Positions 8,296 through 16,728 of a DNA stretch of 32,000 nt are shown here, piece after piece. Made by a program: the position numbers and the translations under genes. The DNA comes from Candidatus Jordarchaeales archaeon (GTDB lineage Archaea > Asgardarchaeota > Jordiarchaeia > Jordiarchaeales > Freyrarchaeaceae). The notes under the pieces were generated by a model. That model had not been told where the DNA came from. It made no database searches and worked only from the letters and a program-made list of their open reading frames with translations. The stretch's first letter is position 1. Each line of letters starts with the position of its first letter. The stretch is from the NCBI GenBank assembly GCA_038858525.1, contig JAWCFL010000001.1, positions 139,172 through 171,171 of the forward strand, written 5' to 3'.

Positions 8296-10091
8296 ATGAG
8301 GCTACGATCGCCTATAGCTGTTGTTTTGGGGCACATAGATCATGGCAAATCATAGCACGGCTTCGTGCTATGGGCTAAACACTTTTACTAGATGCGATTA
8401 GGGGGACAGCCGTTCAAGCTAAGGAGGCAGGCGGGATCACCCAGCATATAGGTGCATCCTTTCTGCCTGCAGACGTCATAATGACTTTCGCTGAGGACTT
8501 GGCCGAAAAATTTAACGTGAAGCTGACTATTCCCGGCGTGCTAGTCCTAGATACACCCGGGCATGAAGCCTTTTTTAACCTCAGGACGCGAGGGGGAGCG
8601 ATCGCAGACATTGCCATACTGGTTGTTGACGTGATTCGCGGCTTCCAAACGCAGACATACGAGTGCATTAACTTGTTGAGAAGTAGGCGTGTCCCATTTT
8701 TAATTGCCGCAAACAAAGTGGATTTAATCCCCGGCTGGCGCCCCTCTGGCTCTAAGTCTATTCTTAAAGCTATAGAGGTTCAGGAAGAACACGTCAAACG
8801 AGCTTTAGACGAAAAAATATATGAATTAATAGGAGAACTTTCCGCGTGCGGCTTTAATTCTGAACGGATCGACAGGGTGCGTGATTTTACCAGAACTGTT
8901 GCCATAGTTCCCACGAGCGCCAAGACAAAGGAGGGTATCGCTGAACTAATGGTTGTGCTGGCTGGATTAACCCAACAGTACATGAAGAAGAAGCTGACAG
9001 TCTCTGAGGGAGAAGGCAAGGGCGTTGTTTTGGAAGTTAGGGAGGAACCTGGTCTCGGTATAACCATAGACGCCATTCTTTATGATGGAGTCCTCCGCAG
9101 GGATGACCTCTTAGTAATAGGCGGACTCGATGGCGCTGTCGTGACAAGAATTAGGGCGTTACTGCAGCCTAAACCACTAGACGAAATGAGGGACCCAAGA
9201 GAAAGGTTCGACTCGGTGAGTGAAGTAGCCGCTGCGGCTGGTGTAAAAATCGCGGCGCCTCACCTTGAAAAAGTTGTGGCCGGTGCGCCATTAAGAGCCG
9301 TGCGTGACGAGGAGAAAGTGAAGGAGGTCGAGTTGGAAGTTCAGCAAGAAGTGGAAAGCATAACCATAAAGGGAGACCGTGTGGGAGTTGTAGTCAAGGC
9401 CGATACGCTTGGGTCGCTAGAGGCGCTGGTGAACTTCTTCAGGGAGAGAGGGATAACCATTAGAATAGCGGATATAGGTGATGTAGCTAAAAGGGACGTG
9501 ATGGAGGCGGCCGTCGTAGCTGAGAAGGACCCTCTTCAAGCGGTTATCCTAGCTTTCAACGTTAAAATTTTGCCTGACGCAGAGGAAGAAGCCAAGAAGT
9601 ACGGCATTAAAATTTTTGAAGAAAAGATAATTTACAGGTTATTCGAGAATTATAATGAGTGGGTTTCAGAGAAGAAGGAAGAAATGAGACGGAGAGCTAT
9701 TGAGGGCTTAGTTAAGCCAGCAAAGATAAAGATCCTTCCAGGATACGTTTTTAGGCATAGTAAGCCTGCCATCGTCGGGGTGGAGGTTCTTTCAGGAGAG
9801 ATTAAGCCGAAGTATCCTTTGATGAAGGAGGATGGTCAAGAGATCGGAGAGATACTGCAAATACAGGATAAAGGAGAGGCAAGGGCGTACGCGCGGAGAG
9901 GGGAACAAGTTGCGGTCTCGATTAGGGGGCCTACTGTTGGGAGGCAGATCGATGAGGGGGACATACTTTATACGAGTATGCCGTTAAGTCATATAGAGAA
10001 GTTTAAAGCCGAGCTAGTAGAAGAACTTACATCAGACGAGCTTGAAACGCTTAAAGAAATCGAGAGCGTGAAAAAGCAAAGGAGAGCGTAA
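8296..10091 (+). CDS. infB: Translation initiation factor aIF5B (IF2), two exons (8296-8349 and 8379-10091), 588 aa after splicing
   Basis: Exon 1 MRLRSPIAVVLGHIDHGK joins exon 2 TLLLDAIRGT..EAGGITQHIGAS..DTPGHEAF..NKVD. The ORF track misses the first exon and the start of the second. Confidence 0.93.
8350..8378 (+). other. 29-nt relaxed-BHB intron in infB mRNA
   Basis: GGCA AA^T CATAGCACG GCTT CGTGCTATG GGCT AA^A: 9-bp intron helix, central helix with 3 of 4 pairs (one A.G), bulges in BHB register. Contains an in-frame TAG. Confidence 0.82.
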
Positions 10092-10126
10092 AAATTTTTC
10101 TTGTTTATGGAGAGGAGCGAGATATC

Positions 10127-11074
10127 ATGACGCTAGGTGTCGGGGTTATAGGAGTTGGAACATGGGGGAGGCAGCATGCTCGCAACTTTGCATCTATTGA
10201 AAAGACGAGGCTGGTCGCTGTTTGTGACATAAGAGAGGAAAACGCCCGCAAGGTTGGGGAAGAGTATGGAACAGAGTGGTATACGGATGTGGATAGTCTT
10301 CTCAGACGTGAAGATATAGATGCTGTGAGCGTGTGTACGCCAGCATCAACACACTTCGAAATAGCAACTAAAAGTATTTTATCGGGCAAGCATGTCTTCG
10401 TCGAGAAGCCGATGACAGGTAGTGTAGAGAAAGCACTTAAGCTTATAGAGTATGCTAGAGAGCAAGGAGTATTTCTCATGGTAGGATTCATTGAGAGATT
10501 TAATCCTGGTGTTTCAAAGGTCATAAAAATTTTAGAGTCCGACATTATAGGTGATCCCGTCATAACTATCTCTAGGAGAGTAGGGCCGTTCTGGCCTGAC
10601 CGCGTGGAGGACGTCGGCGTAGTGACTGATGCAGCTATTCATGACGTAGACCTCGCCCGCCACATTTTCAAGAGAGAAATTGTTTCTGTATACGCCACTG
10701 GTGGACGCTTGAAACACAGATTTGAAGACTACATGGCGGCGATGCTTCATCTAGATAACGGGTTAAGCTGCATAATAGAAGCAAACTGGTTAACGCCACG
10801 TAAAGTGAGGGAACTAATAATTACTGGAGAGAAGGGAATATTGAAACTTGATTACCTCTCACAGAAAATCCGCGTTGAGAACGACGAGTGGAATATGAAC
10901 TCGAAAGAGGAGTGGAACGAGCCGCTTAAAATAGAATTAGAGCATTTTGCCGAGTCCATATTGAGAGGGAAGCAGCCTCACCCATCAGGCGAGGATGGAG
11001 TGAAGGCACTAAGAGTTGTAGAAGCGATACTAAAAAGCTTAAAGCAAGGTAAGGTGGTCGAGTTAGACCAATAA
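10127..11074 (+). CDS. Gfo/Idh/MocA-family oxidoreductase (possible nucleotide-sugar dehydrogenase)
   Basis: GVIGVGTWG Rossmann motif, GKHVFVEKP, VGFIERFNP, DAAIHDVD. Confidence 0.9.
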   Translation: MTLGVGVIGVGTWGRQHARNFASIEKTRLVAVCDIREENARKVGEEYGTEWYTDVDSLLRREDIDAVSVCTPASTHFEIATKSILSGKHVFVEKPMTGSVEKALKLIEYAREQGVFLMVGFIERFNPGVSKVIKILESDIIGDPVITISRRVGPFWPDRVEDVGVVTDAAIHDVDLARHIFKREIVSVYATGGRLKHRFEDYMAAMLHLDNGLSCIIEANWLTPRKVRELIITGEKGILKLDYLSQKIRVENDEWNMNSKEEWNEPLKIELEHFAESILRGKQPHPSGEDGVKALRVVEAILKSLKQGKVVELDQ

Positions 11075-11192
11075 GCAAGTTAAAAGCATACATTCACCTC
11101 TTAAAGCAAACATCTCTTCGAGTAAGTTAGCTCTAAAGAGTACATGAAAAGGGGTTTAGCATATTTGTAGGAGGGTGAAAGAGGAGGTCACT

Positions 11193-11843
11193 TTAAAGTC
11201 CCATTGCAGATATTAAATCATCTAGCCCTTCTCCCGTTTTGGCGCTAGTTAAAACAACTTTAAGGTTGGGGTTTATTTCCAGCGCATCTCTAAGCATCTC
11301 TTCCGGGTTAGCTTCAACAATGTTTTTCAAGTCAATCTTGTTTATGACGGCGATGTCGGATATTTTGAACAGTAACGGATGTTTTTTGACAACGTATGGT
11401 CCCTCTGTAAGACTAACGACGACCAGTCTTTTATCGCAGCCTAACATGTAGTCTGCTGGACAAATGAGGTTGCCAACGTTCTCGACGAACAGGATATCTA
11501 CACGATTCAAGTCTATTTTTCTTAGCGCGTCTTTTAGGAAGAAGGCCGTTAATGCGCATTCTCTTCCCGTGTTAATCTGCAGGGTCTCTACGCCGTGACG
11601 GGAGATCCTGTCAGCATCTATTCGGGTAGTCACGTCCCCCGTTATAACGGCGATTCTATACTTTCCTTTAAGGCGCTCGACTATTCTCTCTAGAAGAGAT
11701 GTTTTACCTGCCCCTATAGCTCCGACGATGTCGAAACTTTTAACTCCCTTTTCAGCGAGAAGACGGCTTACTTCGTTCGCCACTTTTTCATTTGCTCTAA
11801 TCAAGTCCTCTTCTACAGACACTATGCTAAATCGGTCTTCCAT
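11193..11843 (-). CDS. hypB: Hydrogenase nickel incorporation GTPase HypB
   Basis: GAIGAGKTSLLE, GDVTTRIDADR, QINTGREC, ENVGNLICPA, INKIDL, SAKTGEG. Confidence 0.9.
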   Translation of the reverse strand: MEDRFSIVSVEEDLIRANEKVANEVSRLLAEKGVKSFDIVGAIGAGKTSLLERIVERLKGKYRIAVITGDVTTRIDADRISRHGVETLQINTGRECALTAFFLKDALRKIDLNRVDILFVENVGNLICPADYMLGCDKRLVVVSLTEGPYVVKKHPLLFKISDIAVINKIDLKNIVEANPEEMLRDALEINPNLKVVLTSAKTGEGLDDLISAMGL

Positions 11844-11951
11844 CGAGGCCCATCTCCTGTTTAGCTACAATTTATGGTCAAGACTCATAACTAGAGTTAT
11901 ATTTAAAGAGTTCTCCTAGGAAACGTTATTCTTGCGAAGGAGGATTTATCG

Positions 11952-12236
11952 TTGAGGGTGAAAGTCAGAGTTTTTGCGAGGCTAAGAGAGCTACTGAAAA
12001 ATAGGGAGATAGAAGTTGAGATGGGAGATGGAGCCACCGTCAAGGACCTTCTCAGTATACTAGTAGAGAAGTACGGTGAGGAATTGAGGGAGTACCTTTT
12101 CTTGAAGGATGGAAGCTTAAAGGATCACTTTGTAATCTACATTAACGGTGTAAGCTTAAATGAAGCTGGAGGAGTTCATGGTATTCTCAGAAATGGAGAC
12201 ATTGTGGCGATACTTCCACCGATAAGTGGAGGATGA
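11952..12236 (+). CDS. Ubiquitin-like sulfur carrier (MoaD/ThiS/SAMP family)
   Basis: Beta-grasp pattern MRVKVRVFARLRE, GATVKDLL, C-terminal ILPPISGG. Confidence 0.92.
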   Translation: MRVKVRVFARLRELLKNREIEVEMGDGATVKDLLSILVEKYGEELREYLFLKDGSLKDHFVIYINGVSLNEAGGVHGILRNGDIVAILPPISGG

Positions 12237-13525
12237 AGAAGGGGCGAGAATTGGCTGCGGTGTCAGTTATTGTTCATGGTTGCTCTATGAGCCAAGCTGA
12301 AGCCGAAATGATTATGGGGCTACTCAGGGAGGCAGGATTTTCGCTTACGCCACCTGACCAAGCTGAGGTAGCTATAATTTTGACCTGTGGAGTTAAGGGA
12401 CACGCTGAGCACGCTTGTTTGAAGGCTGGATCAGAGCTAGTAAGGAAGGGTAAAAGGGTTATAATGGCGGGGTGTCTTCCAGCAATCTGCCCTGAGAAGC
12501 TCGAAGCTATAGGCTGTGCTGCAATGGTAAGCCCAAATGCTATCCCGGGAATAGTGGATGTTGTTAAGCGCGTCGCAGCAGGAGAAAAAGGGATACGTCT
12601 TTTAAGTAACGAAAAAACGGTGCGTTTACAATTGCCTAGAGTTCGGCTACGTCCCGTAATAGCTATTGTTCCTATATCAGAGGGGTGTAAAGGGGCATGT
12701 AGCTATTGCTGCGTCAGAATAGCTAGAGGGGAACTTTACTCATACCCACCAGAGCTTATAGTGAAGGAGGTAGCAAGGGGAGTAAAGGAGGGGTGCAAGG
12801 AAGTGTGGTTGACGTCTCAGGATTCTGGGGCGTATAATCATGACGGAGTCAGGCTTCCGCAACTTATCAGGAGGATAGTGAATATTGAAGGTGACTTTAT
12901 GGTGCGCATAGGTATGATGAATCCAAACCATGCAGCCGAAATACTAGATGACTTAGTAGAAGTTTACGGGAACCAAAAGGTCTACAAGTTCATCCACCTG
13001 CCTGTTCAGTCAGGCAACAATGAAATTTTAAAGGCAATGAATAGGCAGTATACTCGCGAGGTGTTCCTAGAAGTTGTGGATGAACTCCGAGGAAATTATC
13101 CGTCATTGACCTTGTCAACTGATGTTATTGCTGGGTTTCCGGGCGAGAGCGAGGAGCAGTTCTATGACACGGTAAGCTTGCTAAGAGAAGTTGAGCCGGA
13201 TATAGTAAACGTTTCAATGTTTACGCCTAGACCACGTACTCCAGCCGCTGGAATGCCTAATAAAGTGCCAGGGTGGGAAATCAAGAGAAGAAGTAGAATT
13301 CTTTCTCACGCATCAAATGAACTTTCCCTTAAGCGTAATTTGAGGTGGGTGGGGTGGAGGGGGGAAGCTGTTGTAACAGAGACTGCCAAGAAATGTGGGG
13401 TGGTCGCTAGAAACTACGCGTACAAGCACATAATAGTGAGGGAAAACTTGAGTTTAGGAGAGAGAATCAAAGTTAAACTGGAAGAGGCTAGAGTAGGATA
13501 TCTCTTCGGCTCTACCCAAACATGA
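12233..13525 (+). CDS. mtaB: tRNA methylthiotransferase, archaeal e-MtaB/CDKAL1 type
   Basis: UPF0004 domain (GCSMS, TCGV, AGCLP), radical SAM CKGACSYC, HLPVQSG and C-terminal TRAM domain. Confidence 0.88.
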   Translation: MKKGRELAAVSVIVHGCSMSQAEAEMIMGLLREAGFSLTPPDQAEVAIILTCGVKGHAEHACLKAGSELVRKGKRVIMAGCLPAICPEKLEAIGCAAMVSPNAIPGIVDVVKRVAAGEKGIRLLSNEKTVRLQLPRVRLRPVIAIVPISEGCKGACSYCCVRIARGELYSYPPELIVKEVARGVKEGCKEVWLTSQDSGAYNHDGVRLPQLIRRIVNIEGDFMVRIGMMNPNHAAEILDDLVEVYGNQKVYKFIHLPVQSGNNEILKAMNRQYTREVFLEVVDELRGNYPSLTLSTDVIAGFPGESEEQFYDTVSLLREVEPDIVNVSMFTPRPRTPAAGMPNKVPGWEIKRRSRILSHASNELSLKRNLRWVGWRGEAVVTETAKKCGVVARNYAYKHIIVRENLSLGERIKVKLEEARVGYLFGSTQT

Positions 13526-13639
13526 CGTATTTCTCACATATGTTAAATGTAAGTATCAGGAGGCTGTTACTAACCTTTTTATTAGAAATGACATTTTACT
13601 TACTTTCACGCGGGCGATGGGATAAGGGGGTGGTTTATA

Positions 13640-13825
13640 GTGAAGCTTGTAACGGTTCACCTACCTGAGGCGTACGTGAACGGTTTGGAAAAACTTGTCG
13701 AGATGAAGCAGTACCCGAATAAGTCAGAGGCAATTAGGGTAGCGATCCGCGACTTGCTTAAAAGAGAACTATGGGAGAGGCAAGCGATCTATGGGCGCAC
13801 GCCAGTCATCGGACGACAGGAGTGA
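13640..13825 (+). CDS. cdrS: Ribbon-helix-helix regulator, CdrS-like
   Basis: MKLVTVHLP...YPNKSEAIRVAIRDLL, directly upstream of ftsZ. Confidence 0.8.
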   Translation: MKLVTVHLPEAYVNGLEKLVEMKQYPNKSEAIRVAIRDLLKRELWERQAIYGRTPVIGRQE

Positions 13826-13859
13826 CCCTTTAAACTTTTAAACTATTCAGGTGACGCGC

Positions 13860-15005
13860 ATGACGATGAGTCTTATAAGGGACGCGATAAAGCACACTAG
13901 AGAGATTAATGTGGACAAAGAATTAAAGGTTGGAGAGGCAAAAATAGCGGTTATTGGGACGGGGGGAGCAGGAAATAACACTGTGGATAGACTTATGCAT
14001 TTAGGAGTTATAGGAGCTGAGTGTATAGCGGTGAACACGGATAAACAACACCTAGACAGAGTAAGGGCACATAAAAAGTTGTTAATTGGAAGAAGAATTA
14101 CTGGAGGGCGAGGCGCGGGTGGCTTTCCTCATATAGGTGAGGCTGCCGCCGAGGAAAGTAAGGAAGAAATAGCTGAGTTGCTACGCGGCATTGACCTAGT
14201 CTTCATATCAGCGGGAATGGGGGGAGGAACCGGAACGGGCAGTGCTCCCGTGATAGCGGAAATAGCCAAGAAGATGGGAGCGATAGTTGTCGGCGTGGTT
14301 ACGATGCCCTTCAAAATGGAGAAGGGACGCATACAAAAAGCAGTTGATGGACTGAAAAAGCTTAGGTACTTCGCTGACACCGTTGTGGTTATAGATAACA
14401 ACAGATTATTGAGCCTTGTTCCTAATCTCCCCCTCGACGAGGCGTTTAGCGTTGCGGACGAAATACTGGCAAACATGGTTAAAGGCATAACTGAAACCAT
14501 TAGCCTGCCGAGCCTAATCAACTTGGACTACGCAGACGTCCAAAGCGTACTTAAAAATGGCGGAGTAGCCATGGTTGGCATCGGAGAAGGAGAAGGAGAA
14601 AATAGAGTTGAAAAAGCAGTTAAAAGTGCTCTGGATTCGCCGCTTCTCGATGTAGACATAACAGGAGCAAGTGGGGCTTTAATACACGTCACCGGTGGAC
14701 CAGACATGACTTTAACGGAGGCCACAAGAGCAGGAGAGTTAATAACGGAGAAAATGGTAGATGATGCACTCGTAATATGGGGGGCACGTATTGATCCAAG
14801 TCTAATAGGAACAATAAGGATAATCTTGATCCTTACTGGCGTTAGCAGCCCCCAACTACTGGGTCCAGCTGAGTTTGAAAGGACGGGGCTGGAGGTACTA
14901 AAACCGCTTCCATTAGACGGGAGAAACAACTTTTTTGAGTCGTCATCTCTCATTCTAAAGAAAGAAGAGGACGACATGGACGACTTAGGAATACCGAAAC
15001 TCTAA
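13860..15005 (+). CDS. ftsZ: Cell division protein FtsZ
   Basis: GTGGAGNN, AVNTD, tubulin signature GMGGGTGTG, T7 loop INLDYAD, IWGARID. Start placed at ATG 13860 after RBS AGGTGA. Confidence 0.97.
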   Translation: MTMSLIRDAIKHTREINVDKELKVGEAKIAVIGTGGAGNNTVDRLMHLGVIGAECIAVNTDKQHLDRVRAHKKLLIGRRITGGRGAGGFPHIGEAAAEESKEEIAELLRGIDLVFISAGMGGGTGTGSAPVIAEIAKKMGAIVVGVVTMPFKMEKGRIQKAVDGLKKLRYFADTVVVIDNNRLLSLVPNLPLDEAFSVADEILANMVKGITETISLPSLINLDYADVQSVLKNGGVAMVGIGEGEGENRVEKAVKSALDSPLLDVDITGASGALIHVTGGPDMTLTEATRAGELITEKMVDDALVIWGARIDPSLIGTIRIILILTGVSSPQLLGPAEFERTGLEVLKPLPLDGRNNFFESSSLILKKEEDDMDDLGIPKL

Positions 15006-15052
15006 ACATTTTTTCATTTCAAAAGAATTGCCAAGAATTAATCTACTGAAGG

Positions 15053-15079
15053 ATTTTTTCTGTGATAGTCAGAAAGGAT
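15053..15079. terminator. Hairpin between convergent ftsZ and cooC
   Basis: TTTCTG-TGATAGT-CAGAAA, extendable to about 10 bp with two G.U pairs. Confidence 0.35.
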
Positions 15080-15106
15080 GCAAGGTTTAGAAGGAGAGTT
15101 TTGTGG

Positions 15107-15877
15107 TTAGGCGGGTAATGACTTATCGATTATTCTTTTGACAGCTATGTATGATGGGGAGTCTTCTGGTAGTTCTAGGAGGGGTATTCCTTTTAAGTTG
15201 AATTCCGCGAGTCTTTCGTCAATGGGAATGCTGCCGGCATATTCTAACCCGAATTTCTCCGAGTATTCCTTGAGTAACTCTTCTGTCCCAGGAGATACTT
15301 TGTTAATCACTAAGAGAATTTTCTTGAACTCTCTATGTAAGGCTTTGGCTAAATCTCTAATTCTTGCAGCAGTTTGCACACCCATTTTTGATGGGTCTGC
15401 TATGAGAAACATTACGTCTACGTTGGCGCTAGTTCGTCTACTGATGTGTTCAAGGCCCGCTGGTAGGTCCATTAACACTAACGTGTAGTTTTTCGTAAGA
15501 GTGTCCATGATTTTCATCAGTAAGTTGTTTACGAGACAATAGCACCCCTCTCGTTCAGGTGCTCCCATCACCAGCAGGTCGAATTTGTCTCCCTCATAGA
15601 GAATGTCGAAGACCCTGTACTCCAAATATTCAGCTTTTCCGAAGTTAGGTGGAAGCTTGTCGATCTTCTCCTTGAGTTCATTTACAACTAAACCTATGTT
15701 TCCCTTTGTATCGATCCCCAAAACGTCTGGCATGTTTGAGTCAGGATCCGCGTCCACAACTAGGATCTCATGGTGTGTGTTCTTCGCTAAAATCGCCTTA
15801 AGCGTTAATGCTAAGAAACTTGTTTTTCCCACGCCGCCTTTACCGGAAACGCCGATTATTTTTGGTCCAGTTTTCAT
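15107..15877 (-). CDS. cooC: CooC/AcsF-family nickel insertase ATPase
   Basis: Deviant Walker A GKGGVGKT, VDADPDSN, EGCYC (CxC), DLPAGLEHISR. Confidence 0.88.
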   Translation of the reverse strand: MKTGPKIIGVSGKGGVGKTSFLALTLKAILAKNTHHEILVVDADPDSNMPDVLGIDTKGNIGLVVNELKEKIDKLPPNFGKAEYLEYRVFDILYEGDKFDLLVMGAPEREGCYCLVNNLLMKIMDTLTKNYTLVLMDLPAGLEHISRRTSANVDVMFLIADPSKMGVQTAARIRDLAKALHREFKKILLVINKVSPGTEELLKEYSEKFGLEYAGSIPIDERLAEFNLKGIPLLELPEDSPSYIAVKRIIDKSLPA

Positions 15878-15945
15878 CTAGGAGCCCCTCTGGTTCGTCA
15901 GTTGTTAGGTAACCATATTTTTAAGATAAACTTTACTTAGTCAAA

Positions 15946-16728
15946 TCACTTGTAAACCCATTTAAGGTTTCTTATGCCTCTAATGGTCTCCCCGCTACCC
16001 GTAATATTGACAAGCGTTGCTTCAGTATTTTGTGCTAGCCATTCTAAAAGAAGCTTAGCGTATTTTAGCTTCTTCTTTTTCAAAGGTGAAGCAAGAGTAT
16101 TATTCTTGTAATCTGGTTTTGAGAAGCGGCCGACTCTGTCGCCTAAGTCAAACCCAGCTAGGAGAATAGTGTGAGAACCCATAGCTTCAGAAATGAAAAC
16201 AGCTCTGTCGCCGTCAGTGAAACCGAAAAAGTTACGAATACGTCCCACTGGTTTAACTTGTGTCGTTCCAATAATAGGACCTTTGAGGAGTTGAACATTA
16301 TCTAGTAAGTGAATGTTGTCGCCGTGCGCATGAACAACTATTATGGAGCCCTTAGAGGAAGCATAAAGAATGTCTTCGAACCTACCGTCTAGGTCTGTAA
16401 CTACTAGGTCAGGCATAATGCCTTTTTTTAGAAGGGCAGTTGTAGCTCCGTCAGCGGCGACGTTTAAACACGTCTTCTCAAGCCCCACTTTCTTAATTTC
16501 TTCTAAATTTCTTTCTAGCGAGGGGCCGCAACCGTAAACTATGGTACACTTGCCCGTAAATAAGTTCGCAAGCATTTTCAGCGCATTTTCCACGTCTTTC
16601 TCCTTGAGTAAAACGTCGAGTTTTTCAGCTGCCTTCTTATCTTTCTCAATGTCAAAGTCAAAATCTCTAACTATTCTGGTATACCATTTTTCCCAGTCTT
16701 CATATGTAACTCTAGGCGTTGCCTTCAT
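15946..16728 (-). CDS. mptE: 6-hydroxymethyl-7,8-dihydropterin pyrophosphokinase, archaeal type (DUF115)
   Basis: GCGPSL, AADGAT, VTDLDG, HAHGDN, GFTDGDRA, GFDLG. Confidence 0.9.
   Translation of the reverse strand: MKATPRVTYEDWEKWYTRIVRDFDFDIEKDKKAAEKLDVLLKEKDVENALKMLANLFTGKCTIVYGCGPSLERNLEEIKKVGLEKTCLNVAADGATTALLKKGIMPDLVVTDLDGRFEDILYASSKGSIIVVHAHGDNIHLLDNVQLLKGPIIGTTQVKPVGRIRNFFGFTDGDRAVFISEAMGSHTILLAGFDLGDRVGRFSKPDYKNNTLASPLKKKKLKYAKLLLEWLAQNTEATLVNITGSGETIRGIRNLKWVYK

Noticed and set aside
8296-8480. infB starting at ATG 8481, or interrupted by an intein remnant
   Set aside because: A start at 8481 would lose the P-loop. The insert is only 29 nt, has a stop codon and encodes no Cys/His-Asn splice residues.
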